Source of the DNA: an uncultured Candidatus Entotheonella sp.
GTDB lineage: Bacteria; Tectomicrobia; Entotheonellia; Entotheonellales; Entotheonellaceae
Assembly: GCA_965215335.1 (NCBI GenBank)
Contig: CBDCDA010000001.1
Span: forward strand, 736,001 to 800,000
Length of the DNA: 64,000 nucleotides
Direction of reading: 5' to 3'
A model generated the notes under the pieces. It was not told where the DNA came from and made no database searches. It saw only the letters and a program-made list of their open reading frames with translations. Below are positions 42,915 through 52,163 of the stretch, one piece after another (the stretch's first letter is position 1; each line of letters opens with the position of its first letter). The position numbers were made by a program, and so were the translations under genes.

Positions 42915-44462
42915 ATGGCCGACGCCTCTCGGAATGTGACGGGTCGAGGCCGGCGCCCGGTGACCCCCGAACCGGCGCGCGTCCGCTACAACGACTGGCG
43001 GCAGGTGGCAGTGGAACCGCTGGATACGTTCACGCCCACCCTGCCCGTGAGCGTGATCATCCCGTACTACCAGACACCCGCCGAAACGCTGGCCAGGACG
43101 CTGGCGGCGCTGGAAGGGCAGACCTATCCGCGGGAGTTGTTCGAGGTCGTAATCGTCGACGACGGGTCGGAGCCGCCGCTGTCCCAGCCCCGCTCCACCC
43201 CGCTGGACGTCAAGGTGGTGTGTCAGGAGCGTCGCGGATTCGGGGCCGCCCGGGCGCGGAACACCGGCGTCCGGACGGCCGCCTACGACATCCTGCTCTT
43301 TCTCGACAGCGACATGCTCGCCGAGGCAGGCTGGATGGCTGAGCACGCCCGCTGGCACCACGCCGTCTCCGACGCCCTGACCCTGGGGGTGAGCGCCTAT
43401 GTGTCGGTGGACGGCATCGACTCGGAGACCATTCGGCACCGGGCCGGGTCGTTGCGAGAGCTATTCTCGGACCGGCCGACGGACCCGCCCTGGACTGAAA
43501 CCCACAGCGCCAGAACCAGCCATCTGACGTCCCGGGCCGACGACTTGTTCAGGGTGGTAGCCAGCGGAAACCTCGGGGTCAGCAAAATTTTCTACGAGTT
43601 GACGGGCGGGTTCGACGAATCGTTCACGCGTTGGGGAATGGAGGATACCGAGTTCGGCTACCGGGCCTATACCCGCGGCGGGCTGCTGGTGCCGGCCCGG
43701 GACGTCTTCGCCTGGCACCAGGGACGCTGGAAGGAGGACAGAAACGCCACCAAGAGCCGGGATCTTCGGCTTCAGCGCGGGAAGGTAGCGCAGCTTATCG
43801 CCCACCGCGGGTTCCGCGGCAACCAGACCGGCCGCATCTTCACGGTGCCTCAGTACGTCGTAACCATTGATGCCGGCCGTCGCCCGATCGAGCAAATCAT
43901 CAAGACCGCCGTGAACATCCTGGCGGACCGCGCGCATGACTTGGTGGTGCGAATCGAAACGCACGCGAGTGACGACCATGAGCGACTGACGCTGCTCCAG
44001 GACGAGTTCGGTGCCGACCCACGGGTGCGCATCGGTCCCACTCGCTTCGCCCTCGACGAGTTTCCGGTGTCGCCGTTCCACGTCACGCTTCCCGCCACCG
44101 AATTCGCCAGAAACCTGGTGCATCGGCTGCGCGCCGGGCTGGGAGGGGCGGTCACCGCGGCCTCGACTCTCCCGGACGGAAGCCAGGTGTCGATCACCCG
44201 TGCGTGGGCGCTCCACCGGGCGCGCCGTGCGGGGGGCAGTCCGGCCGACTTCGGCGATGCGCGGACGCTATCCGCGCGTTCCCTGAAGGTCCGGGTCGGC
44301 GCGCCGCCGGGCGGTGTGAACCGCACCGCATCCAAGAAGGCAGTCGGATTTCCTACCGATTGGGAGCGCTTGCGGGACCGAGTGAGGAACCTCCACGGCT
44401 ATCGGGATGCATGGTTGTTCCTGAAGTGGTTCGTCGGCGCGGTGTGGCGAGCAGTCAAGTAG
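42915..44462 (+). CDS. Glycosyltransferase family 2
   Basis: VSVIIPYY, VDDGS, ARNTG, FLDSD and WGMEDTEF motifs; start may be 42897 or 42909. Confidence 0.88.
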   Translation: MADASRNVTGRGRRPVTPEPARVRYNDWRQVAVEPLDTFTPTLPVSVIIPYYQTPAETLARTLAALEGQTYPRELFEVVIVDDGSEPPLSQPRSTPLDVKVVCQERRGFGAARARNTGVRTAAYDILLFLDSDMLAEAGWMAEHARWHHAVSDALTLGVSAYVSVDGIDSETIRHRAGSLRELFSDRPTDPPWTETHSARTSHLTSRADDLFRVVASGNLGVSKIFYELTGGFDESFTRWGMEDTEFGYRAYTRGGLLVPARDVFAWHQGRWKEDRNATKSRDLRLQRGKVAQLIAHRGFRGNQTGRIFTVPQYVVTIDAGRRPIEQIIKTAVNILADRAHDLVVRIETHASDDHERLTLLQDEFGADPRVRIGPTRFALDEFPVSPFHVTLPATEFARNLVHRLRAGLGGAVTAASTLPDGSQVSITRAWALHRARRAGGSPADFGDARTLSARSLKVRVGAPPGGVNRTASKKAVGFPTDWERLRDRVRNLHGYRDAWLFLKWFVGAVWRAVK

Positions 44463-44469
44463 GCTGCAT

Positions 44470-45777
44470 ATGGGGGAGACTAGGTATCCGGCGCCGAATA
44501 CGGAGAACATGAGATCGTCGTTCCTGAAATACGTGGTTCGATGGCGGGCGGCCAGAAAGCAACGGATGGCCTGGGCGTATCTCCGGCACTGGATACGGAG
44601 TCGGTGGCTGCGGGTCGTCTGGAAACCGGGCAAGCTGCTACAGAGGGGACCGGCTCGGAACCCGCCGATGCCAGGCGCATCGAAATCGCCGAAGGCGCCG
44701 TGCCAAGCTGTCGTACCCGCCTTTGATCCGCGGAGATACAACCCGTTCCGATGGCCGCTTGCCGCCGGGGACGAGGTGGCGGCGCTGGGGCCGATCGCGT
44801 GGTTGCCACTCGACGCCGAGGCGCACCGCGTCGTGCACCGGGACGATCTGCGCCGCCTGCGCCGGTATCATCACGTGGAGGACGTGCAGGCGTACCACGC
44901 CGACGTCGTCACGCGGGCCGGTGACTTGGCTCGCGTGGCCGCCACCGGCGTGGTGGTGCATCTGGCGGATGGCGATAAACGGCTTCGGCCGCTGCTCGAC
45001 GCCGACCTTCATGACCTGATGACCGGCGGCGTGAGCGGCATCGACGCCAACGCGCGCGAACTGCTCAGCATCAGGATGTGCCGCGCGGCTCTGCGGGACC
45101 ATTCACTCCAAGCGCGCGCCCGGCAACTCGGCGGGGAGGAACCGCCCTTGGTGTCGATCCTGCTGCCGACCCGGCGCCCCGAACGGCTGCCGCAGGCGCT
45201 CGCCGCGGTAGCGAGACAGACCTACCCCCGGCTGGAGCTGGTGCTGGCGTTGCACGGCGGACCCTTCGCGGAAGTCGAGCAGCGCGTCGCCGAATTGCCG
45301 CACCCGGCGAAGGTGGTGCCCGTGCCCGCACGCGAGCCGCTCGGCACCGTGCTCGGCGCCGCGTCGGCGGTGGCGAGCGGGACGCTGCTGACCAAGATGG
45401 ACGACGACGACCTGTACGGCGGCGACCACGTGTGGGACCTCGTGCTTGCGCAGGAGTACTCCCAAGCGCCGCTGGTGGGCAAGGGGGTTGAGTTCGTCTA
45501 CCTGGCCGCGTCGGATCGAACCGCTCACTGGCACTGCGGGAGCGGCGAAAGTTATCAGACGTCGACCCTGGCCGGGGGCGCTCAGTTGATTACCCGCGAC
45601 GAGCTCGTGCGGGTGGGCGGCTGGCCGCGAGTGTCGCGAGGCGTCGATCAGGGGCTGATCGACGCCGTCGTTCGGGCGCGCGGCTGCGTCTACCGCACCC
45701 ACGGCGCCGGCTTCATGCTGGTTCGACACGGCGAGCGCCATACGTGGGAGGCGTCCGACGACTGGTTCCTCGAGTAG
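44470..45777 (+). CDS. Glycosyltransferase family 2 (C-terminal GT-A domain)
   Basis: VSILLPTRRP, QTYPRLELVL and KMDDDDLYG motifs; possible premature TAG. Confidence 0.8.
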   Translation: MGETRYPAPNTENMRSSFLKYVVRWRAARKQRMAWAYLRHWIRSRWLRVVWKPGKLLQRGPARNPPMPGASKSPKAPCQAVVPAFDPRRYNPFRWPLAAGDEVAALGPIAWLPLDAEAHRVVHRDDLRRLRRYHHVEDVQAYHADVVTRAGDLARVAATGVVVHLADGDKRLRPLLDADLHDLMTGGVSGIDANARELLSIRMCRAALRDHSLQARARQLGGEEPPLVSILLPTRRPERLPQALAAVARQTYPRLELVLALHGGPFAEVEQRVAELPHPAKVVPVPAREPLGTVLGAASAVASGTLLTKMDDDDLYGGDHVWDLVLAQEYSQAPLVGKGVEFVYLAASDRTAHWHCGSGESYQTSTLAGGAQLITRDELVRVGGWPRVSRGVDQGLIDAVVRARGCVYRTHGAGFMLVRHGERHTWEASDDWFLE

Positions 45778-45949
45778 GCCGACAGTAGCAGCCCCGGCTG
45801 GAACCCGGCGCTCGCCGACCTCGGGGACCTGAACCTGCCGCATCCGGTGTCGGACACGGAATCAACAGGGAAACAGCAGACTTGAAATCTGTCATGAATG
45901 TGATTCTGCCACGCTACCACGCTACGCCTTTTGGTTTGGGATCACACAC

Positions 45950-46320
45950 GTGATCCTGATTGTTCTCGCCATCCTTGGCCCGCTGCACATACTGACCCGC
46001 ACGTCCACCTATGGCTCCGGCCTGTCCCCCGACTCGGCAGGCTACCTGTCCATCGCTTCGAACCTCGCCGAGGGAGAGGGCTCGCAGGATTCCAACGGCC
46101 GCGGGATCCTGCCGTGGCCGTTCCTCTTTCCTCTGCTCCTGGCGGCCTTCGATCTCGTTGGCATCGAGCCGCTGGAGGCAGGCCGTTGGGTGAACATAGC
46201 CACCTTTGGTCTGATTGTCCTACTGGGTCGGTTTCTGGTTACGCCGGAACCCCATGTCGTCCGCTCTGGCGGTGGGGGCCACCGTCGCCGCCGTGACCTC
46301 GCTCCCCCTCTCCGCCTCGT
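45950..46320 (+). pseudogene. N-terminal fragment of a GT-C-like integral membrane protein
   Basis: GLSPDSAGYLSIASNLAEG...WPFLFPLLLA; degrades into out-of-frame sequence before the sulfotransferase. Confidence 0.55.
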
Positions 46321-46393
46321 CTCTTTGATATGGGGGGGGGACGGTGTTCACTGCCTTGGCCGCGGTGACGCGGTATGCCGGCGTTACGGAAGC

Positions 46394-47227
46394 ATGACGC
46401 CGCCAATGAACACGATCAAGCGGGCGCTGAGGGTGCTGAGCGCGATAGCAACGAACCCGTCCGTCGCCGCGGCGATGGTGGGCGCGTTGTCGCACGGGAG
46501 GTTCGACGTACGGCGCATGGCGTACACTGCCACGCGGGCGCCCGATCTCCGCGCGGAGAAAGTCGTCTCCCGCAAGTACCGGTATCTCTGGCTATGCGTC
46601 CCCAAGGTGGCGTCGCGCAGCATCATGAGGGCGTTGTGCAGCACGGACCCTGACGCCGAGGTCGTTCACGGGGCGCGCATCAGCGACCTGTACGCGATAC
46701 GTCCGGAAGCGAGGGGCTACCACAGCTTCGCGTTCGTCAGGCATCCTTTCGACCGGACGCTCTCGTTCTATCGGGAGCTGCATGTTGCCCACAGGATTTA
46801 CACCGGAGAACAACGCCTTCACAAGGCGGAGAAACGCCAGAGCTTCTTCCGCCAGTTCTATGGACTGGCGGAAACGCGCAACTTCGACGACGTCTGCGAG
46901 TGGCTGAACACGCCGTACGGCTCGGATGTCTTTGCAGACCGGCACTTTCTGTCTCAACACATGCAGATTCGCCTTGAGGACGGGCGCTTGCCCGACTTCA
47001 TCGGCCGCTTTGAGAACCTGGACGCGGATCTGAACCGGGTCGCAGCGTATCTCGGCATGCCGGCGCTGCAGTTGCCGATGCTCAACACGGCGTCCGGCTG
47101 GACGACAACGCCAGAAGCGTGGCGAGCGGCGAGGCCGCAGCTGGCCGCGCAACTCACCGAGCGGAACAGGGCGCTGCTGGCGAAACGTTACGCGGACGAC
47201 TTCGAGCTCTTCGGCTATTCGCCGTGA
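46394..47227 (+). CDS. Carbohydrate sulfotransferase (Sulfotransfer_2-like)
   Basis: VPKVASRS 5'-PSB motif, FVRHPFDRTLSFY 3'-PB motif, HFLSQ, FIGRFENL. Confidence 0.88.
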   Translation: MTPPMNTIKRALRVLSAIATNPSVAAAMVGALSHGRFDVRRMAYTATRAPDLRAEKVVSRKYRYLWLCVPKVASRSIMRALCSTDPDAEVVHGARISDLYAIRPEARGYHSFAFVRHPFDRTLSFYRELHVAHRIYTGEQRLHKAEKRQSFFRQFYGLAETRNFDDVCEWLNTPYGSDVFADRHFLSQHMQIRLEDGRLPDFIGRFENLDADLNRVAAYLGMPALQLPMLNTASGWTTTPEAWRAARPQLAAQLTERNRALLAKRYADDFELFGYSP

Positions 47228-47502
47228 TCTGCGGAGACGCCAGGCGGTGAGAACGACCCTGGTTTCCTTGCCGCTCAACCCACAGAGCGAATGCCTGCTG
47301 AGTGCGGACAACGTGGATCGGAAGAAAGCGTGCAACGTCGGTGCCAGCCAACTTCCGGCTGCGCGACGCTGCGGTCCGACGTATCGTGTTGCCGACCTCG
47401 GAGCGCTGGTATACACTGGCCGCCATGCCGGCGATGGTGGCACGGGTCGCGACCTCCCCTGTCGCTGATAACCCACGTACTCGACCACGGCGAGCCACAG
47501 CG

Positions 47503-49095
47503 ATGAAGCCCACCGAGCCTGGCTCGAACCCCCAACCGCCGGTGGCGAAGCGCAAGCTGCCGATCGGCATCCAGACCTTCCGCCAGATCCGTGCGGAAGG
47601 CTACTACTACGTCGACAAGACCGGCTACATCCGGCGCCTGGTGGAGGGCGGCAAGCACTACTTCCTGTCGCGTCCCCGGCGCTTCGGCAAGAGCCTGCTG
47701 CTGGACACCATCAAGGAGCTGTTCGAGGGCAGCGCGGAGCTGTTCCGGGGACTCGCCGCCGAAGACCACCGGGCCTTGTCGGCCGGCCACCCCGTCGTGC
47801 GCCTGAGCTTCGGCGGCGGCGACTTTACCCGGCCCGAAAACCTGCACCGGAACACGATGGCGCAACTCGGCACGCTCGAACGCCGGGCGTCCGTGACCGG
47901 GGAGCACGACGGCGCGCCCGAGCGTTTCGCCCATCTGGTCCAGACGCTGCGCGAGGGCGCGGGGCGGCGCGTCGTGGTGCTGGTGGACGAATACGACAAG
48001 CCCGTCCTGGATGCGCTGGAGAAGCCGGAGGTGGCCCGCGCCAACCGCGACTACCTGCGCGGCCTGTACGGGACCATCAAGGACTGCGACGCCGACGTCG
48101 AGTTCACGCTGCTCACGGGGGTGAGCAAGTTTTCCAAGGTCAATCTGTTTTCGGGCCTCAACAACCTCATCGACATCACCCTGGACCCGCGCTACTCCGC
48201 CATCTGCGGGTACACCGAGGCGGACCTGGAGACGGTGTTCGCGCCCGAACTGCCGGGGTTGGACCGGGACGCCATCCGCGACTGGTACGACGGCTACAAC
48301 TGGCGGGGAGACGAGCGGGTCTACAACCCCTTCGACGTGCTGCTGCTGTTCGACACGCGCGAGTTCAAGGCGCACTGGTTCGAGACCGGCACGCCGGCGT
48401 TCCTGATCGACACGCTACTGTCGCGCGGGTTCGGTGCTCCGCCGCTGGACGGCGTGGTCGCAAGCGACGCGATGCTGTCGGCCTTCGACGTGGATGACAG
48501 CGCCGCCGAAGCGCTGCTGTTCCAGACCGGCTACCTGACCATTCGCGGCACGGAGTACCACCGCGGCAGGACGCAATACCGGCTGGGCTACCCGAACCGT
48601 GAGGCGCGACAAAGCCTGAACGAAAGCCTGCTGGACCGCTTGACGGGCGACCGGGCGCGTCGGGAGCGGCGCAGCGACGATCTGTACGACCTGTTGCTAG
48701 CCAACGACTTCGAGGGCATGGGGACGCTGTTCCGGTCGTTCTTCGCTGGCATCCCCTACCAGTGGCGCGTGCGGAGCCCCATTGCGGACTACGAGGGCTA
48801 CTATGCCAGCGTGTTCCACGCCCACTTCCTGGCGCTGGGGACGGAGCTTGAAGTCACGGTGGAGGACAGCGGCAGCCGCGGTCGCGTGGACATGGCCGTC
48901 CGCTTCAACGGCAACGTCTACCTGTTCGAGTTCAAGGTGGTGGAGAAGGACGCCACGGGAGCGGCCATGTCGCAGTTGAAGACCAGGGGCTACGCCGACA
49001 AGTACCGTCACCTGGGCTGGCCGATCCACCTGATCGGCGTGGAGTTCAGCAAGGAGACGCGCAACGTCGTGGCCTTCGACACGGAGCGGGTCTGA
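47503..49095 (+). CDS. AAA-ATPase-like plus PD-(D/E)XK nuclease protein, paralog 2
   Basis: Same motifs as 41297-42892; long stretches near identical. Confidence 0.92.
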   Translation: MKPTEPGSNPQPPVAKRKLPIGIQTFRQIRAEGYYYVDKTGYIRRLVEGGKHYFLSRPRRFGKSLLLDTIKELFEGSAELFRGLAAEDHRALSAGHPVVRLSFGGGDFTRPENLHRNTMAQLGTLERRASVTGEHDGAPERFAHLVQTLREGAGRRVVVLVDEYDKPVLDALEKPEVARANRDYLRGLYGTIKDCDADVEFTLLTGVSKFSKVNLFSGLNNLIDITLDPRYSAICGYTEADLETVFAPELPGLDRDAIRDWYDGYNWRGDERVYNPFDVLLLFDTREFKAHWFETGTPAFLIDTLLSRGFGAPPLDGVVASDAMLSAFDVDDSAAEALLFQTGYLTIRGTEYHRGRTQYRLGYPNREARQSLNESLLDRLTGDRARRERRSDDLYDLLLANDFEGMGTLFRSFFAGIPYQWRVRSPIADYEGYYASVFHAHFLALGTELEVTVEDSGSRGRVDMAVRFNGNVYLFEFKVVEKDATGAAMSQLKTRGYADKYRHLGWPIHLIGVEFSKETRNVVAFDTERV

Positions 49096-49098
49096 ATA

Positions 49099-49221
49099 AA
49101 TGGCGCGGCAGGAGCGGCCTGGGCCAGAACGATGTTCGCCCTGACCATCTTGCTGGTCATTACCTCGTGTGCAATCTCAATACTGCGGCAGAGTTACTCG
49201 CTGGGCAGGAAAGATAATTGA
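49099..49221 (+). pseudogene. C-terminal remnant of a second flippase
   Basis: GAAGAAWARTMFALTILLVITSCAISILRQS parallels GAEGAAWANTT...ISILWQS of 49218-50531; its stop overlaps that gene's start. Confidence 0.7.
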
Positions 49222-50531
49222 AAGCCTTGAATCGTCCCCTGATTGCCCGGTTGCTTCCGGCCTCGGACCGGTGCGTGGCGCGGCAGACCCTCTGGATGGG
49301 CACCATTACAGCGGTCCAGCTTCTCGGCGGACTAGCACAGGTATCCATCTCGGCCAGGATCCTCGGACCGGAAGGCTACGGCGTTCTGGCCGTCATCATG
49401 GCCGTTACTCTCCTCATCTACGGACTGCTGGCCATGCCGGGAGGTGAAGCGGTTACAGCTTTCGTCACGCGGGGTGTGGCGGAGGGACGGGCGGGGGAGG
49501 CATCCAGCGTATTGCGATTCCTGCTGGCTGTATCCTTGGGGCTGTCGCTCATTGCCTACGCGCTCTTAGCTGTCATTATCCTTATGGCCGGTGGCCTATT
49601 GGGGATCGCCCCGGCCCACCTGAATGCCGCTCTCCTCTACGGCGCCGTGGGCATCTTTCTGGCCACGCAAACGGAGACGCTGGCGACGTTGCGACTGTCC
49701 GACCGCCTGCCGCTGGGCTTGGCAGTTACTGTTGCCGCCTTCCTGACCCGGGTTGCCCTGCTGGCTACGGCGTGGCTGACGGGGGGCGGGCTGCTTGCCG
49801 TGGTCCTGGCCCATGTTGCCGGCGCTGCGGTGAATGGGGTCGGGATGCTGGTTGCCGCAACGGTGTCCGCGCAGCGGGCGGGAATGACGGACCTTCTGCG
49901 CTCGTTGTCGCTACGAGTACCGCCGGACATGGTGCGATTCCAGGTTGGAGCATTCGGGAAATCCGCCATCTGGGTATTGGCCCACAACATGGATTCCATC
50001 CTGCTGGTGCAATTCACTGGCGCAGCCGACGTCGGCCTGTACCGGGGCTCCCGGCAGATAGCAGCCTCCGCGAGATACCCGTTCCTGCCGCTGAAGAACG
50101 CGGTGCAGCCCGAATACAGCAGGCAATGGTACTCGGGCCGGGGAACGGCGCTGCGGTTCACCCTGGCGTCATTCGCGCTGGCCGCCGCCGGATTCGGGCT
50201 GCTCGCCATCTTTCATCAACCCGTAACCCGGCTCGTCCTGGGCGCCGAGTTCTCGGATGCCGCCCCGCTGGTGCTGATTATGCTCGCCGGCTCCTTCGCC
50301 TCTTCCAGCGTTTCCGCGCTCACCATTCTGCCGGCGGCGGTGGGGCGCGTCGGGCCGTCCTTGGCAGGGGAAGGGGCCGGCCTTGTGGCTTCCCTTGCCG
50401 TCATCGTGTGGCTCGTTCCCCGGTATGGCGCCGAGGGAGCGGCCTGGGCCAACACGACCTACTTCGGCGTCTTCGTCATTGTGCTGGCTCCCTTTGTCAT
50501 CTCCATATTGTGGCAGAGCCGTCGGACATGA
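49218..50531 (+). CDS. Polysaccharide flippase (Wzx-like)
   Basis: ARILGPEGYG, many TM segments, DVGLYR and YGAEGAAWA motifs. Confidence 0.88.
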   Translation: MKALNRPLIARLLPASDRCVARQTLWMGTITAVQLLGGLAQVSISARILGPEGYGVLAVIMAVTLLIYGLLAMPGGEAVTAFVTRGVAEGRAGEASSVLRFLLAVSLGLSLIAYALLAVIILMAGGLLGIAPAHLNAALLYGAVGIFLATQTETLATLRLSDRLPLGLAVTVAAFLTRVALLATAWLTGGGLLAVVLAHVAGAAVNGVGMLVAATVSAQRAGMTDLLRSLSLRVPPDMVRFQVGAFGKSAIWVLAHNMDSILLVQFTGAADVGLYRGSRQIAASARYPFLPLKNAVQPEYSRQWYSGRGTALRFTLASFALAAAGFGLLAIFHQPVTRLVLGAEFSDAAPLVLIMLAGSFASSSVSALTILPAAVGRVGPSLAGEGAGLVASLAVIVWLVPRYGAEGAAWANTTYFGVFVIVLAPFVISILWQSRRT

Positions 50532-50608
50532 TGATATGATGTGGATTGAAACGGGGAGCGGTCATAGTGTGAGCCCGCTTCCGGCCTGCGATGAAAGGCG
50601 AAACCGTC

Positions 50609-50830
50609 ATGAGCGCAACCGGGCCCGAAACGACACCCCTGGAATACTTGGCTCGCGCCGACCGGGAGTTGGTCGCTGGCAACCGCAGGGAGTCTGCCCT
50701 TCTGATGTGGAAGGCCACCGCGGCCACCTTCGTGGATTGGCCCGTCCACGCGGGTTGGAATCCAGCGCAAGCCTTCATCGAGGAGATGCTGATTCTCCAT
50801 GCCCGTGATACTAACGAGGCCCCGGCATGA
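50609..50830 (+). pseudogene. Short PaREP1/HEPN-like helical protein, probably internally deleted
   Basis: EYLARADRELVAGNRRESALLMWKAT resembles PaREP1-type N-termini; only about 73 aa. Confidence 0.4.
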
Positions 50831-50944
50831 CGGTCGTGGCGGATAAGCTCCACGTCGGGCTGGTGATGCTGATTCTCCATGCCCGTGATACTAACGAGGC
50901 CCCGGCATGACGGTCGTGGCGGATAAGCTCCACGTCGGGCTGGT
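50785..50944. repeat. Exact 80-bp tandem duplication
   Basis: 50785-50864 is identical to 50865-50944. Confidence 0.95.
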
Positions 50945-52160
50945 GCTGCACAGCCTGGGGGGAGGCGGGGCGCAGCGGTTTGCCCTCAGATTGGCCGAGT
51001 CGCTCATCCGGCGTGGCCACCGGGTGGACATCCTGCTGGGGCGTTTCATAGTGGCGTATCCGGGCAGTCTACCGGAGGGGATGCGGCTGTATTACCCGGG
51101 ACTCCGGAAATCGGAGCGGGAGGTGATCCGCCGCTGCCGCGAGCGCGGCGTCGAGGTGAATGGGCTGACCGTCAACCCCCTGTCAACGGCTCGGGACTGG
51201 CTGGCGCTCCGGCGCAGGCGGCGCGAAATGGACATCAGGCCCAAGGACATCCTGTTCGCTCATCTGGTCGCCGGCTATATCCGCCAGGAGCGTCCCCGGC
51301 TGCTGCTGTCAGCCGTATCAACGGCCAACTTCGCCGCCATCAATGGGGCGGAATTGATGGGAGGCTCCCTCCCCGTGGTTGTTTCAGTGAGAAGCAACGT
51401 CAGCCTGGATTACAGCGAATATGAACAACGCCTGGCGAGGGCGCTCTACCCTAGGGCCGACGCGGTGGTTGCCGTCTCCAAGGGCGTGGGCCGCGAGGTG
51501 GAGCGGTATCTGGGCGTGAAGGCTGAAAGCGTTCATACTATCTACAACCCCATACCGTCTGACACGATATGGCGGGCAGCGCAGGAGGAAGTAGCCCATC
51601 CTTGGTTTGCCGACGGCCAGCCGACGGTCATTCTGGCTGTGGGCAGAGAGGCGCCCCAAAAGGACTACCCCACGATGGTCGAGGCGTTTGGGCTGGCGCG
51701 CCGCCGGTTCACGGCGCGGCTGGTCATCATGGGCCGCCTTTCGGAGTCGTACCGGGCCGGGCTGATTGCGCGGGCGCGAAGCTTCGGTGTAGAAAAAGAC
51801 TTGGGGTTCGTGGACTTCGATGAGAACCCGTTTCGATACATGCGCCGGTCGGGGCTGTTCGCGCTTTCCTCCCTTAATGAGGGGCTACCCAACGTGCTGC
51901 TGGAAGCCTTGGCCTGCGGCACGCCCGTGGTAAGTACCGATACGCCCCACGGGCCGCGTGAGATACTCGAGGGTGGGAAATGGGGCAAGCTGACGCCGGT
52001 AGGGGACGCCCCGGCCCTGGTGCAGGCGATGGTGGAGACGCTGCAAGGCGACAGGCCACCGGAGGATGCGCTGCGCCGCCGTGCCGCCGAGTTCTCCGAG
52101 CAGCGCGCCGCCGACGCGTACCTGGAGTTGTTCAAGAAAGTGGCGGGCCAGCCCCGTTGA
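50907..52160 (+). CDS. Glycosyltransferase family 4
   Basis: GGGAQR, VGR...QKD and EGLPNVLLEALACG motifs. Confidence 0.92.
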   Translation: MTVVADKLHVGLVLHSLGGGGAQRFALRLAESLIRRGHRVDILLGRFIVAYPGSLPEGMRLYYPGLRKSEREVIRRCRERGVEVNGLTVNPLSTARDWLALRRRRREMDIRPKDILFAHLVAGYIRQERPRLLLSAVSTANFAAINGAELMGGSLPVVVSVRSNVSLDYSEYEQRLARALYPRADAVVAVSKGVGREVERYLGVKAESVHTIYNPIPSDTIWRAAQEEVAHPWFADGQPTVILAVGREAPQKDYPTMVEAFGLARRRFTARLVIMGRLSESYRAGLIARARSFGVEKDLGFVDFDENPFRYMRRSGLFALSSLNEGLPNVLLEALACGTPVVSTDTPHGPREILEGGKWGKLTPVGDAPALVQAMVETLQGDRPPEDALRRRAAEFSEQRAADAYLELFKKVAGQPR

Positions 52161-52163
52161 CAG

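Noticed and set aside
45775..45777. Pyrrolysine or programmed amber readthrough
   Set aside because: There are no pyl genes in the window and the position is not catalytic; a nonsense mutation is simpler.
45950..47227. A genuine membrane protein-sulfotransferase fusion
   Set aside because: The linker reads as out-of-frame sequence; a decayed fragment running into a separate sulfotransferase gene fits better.
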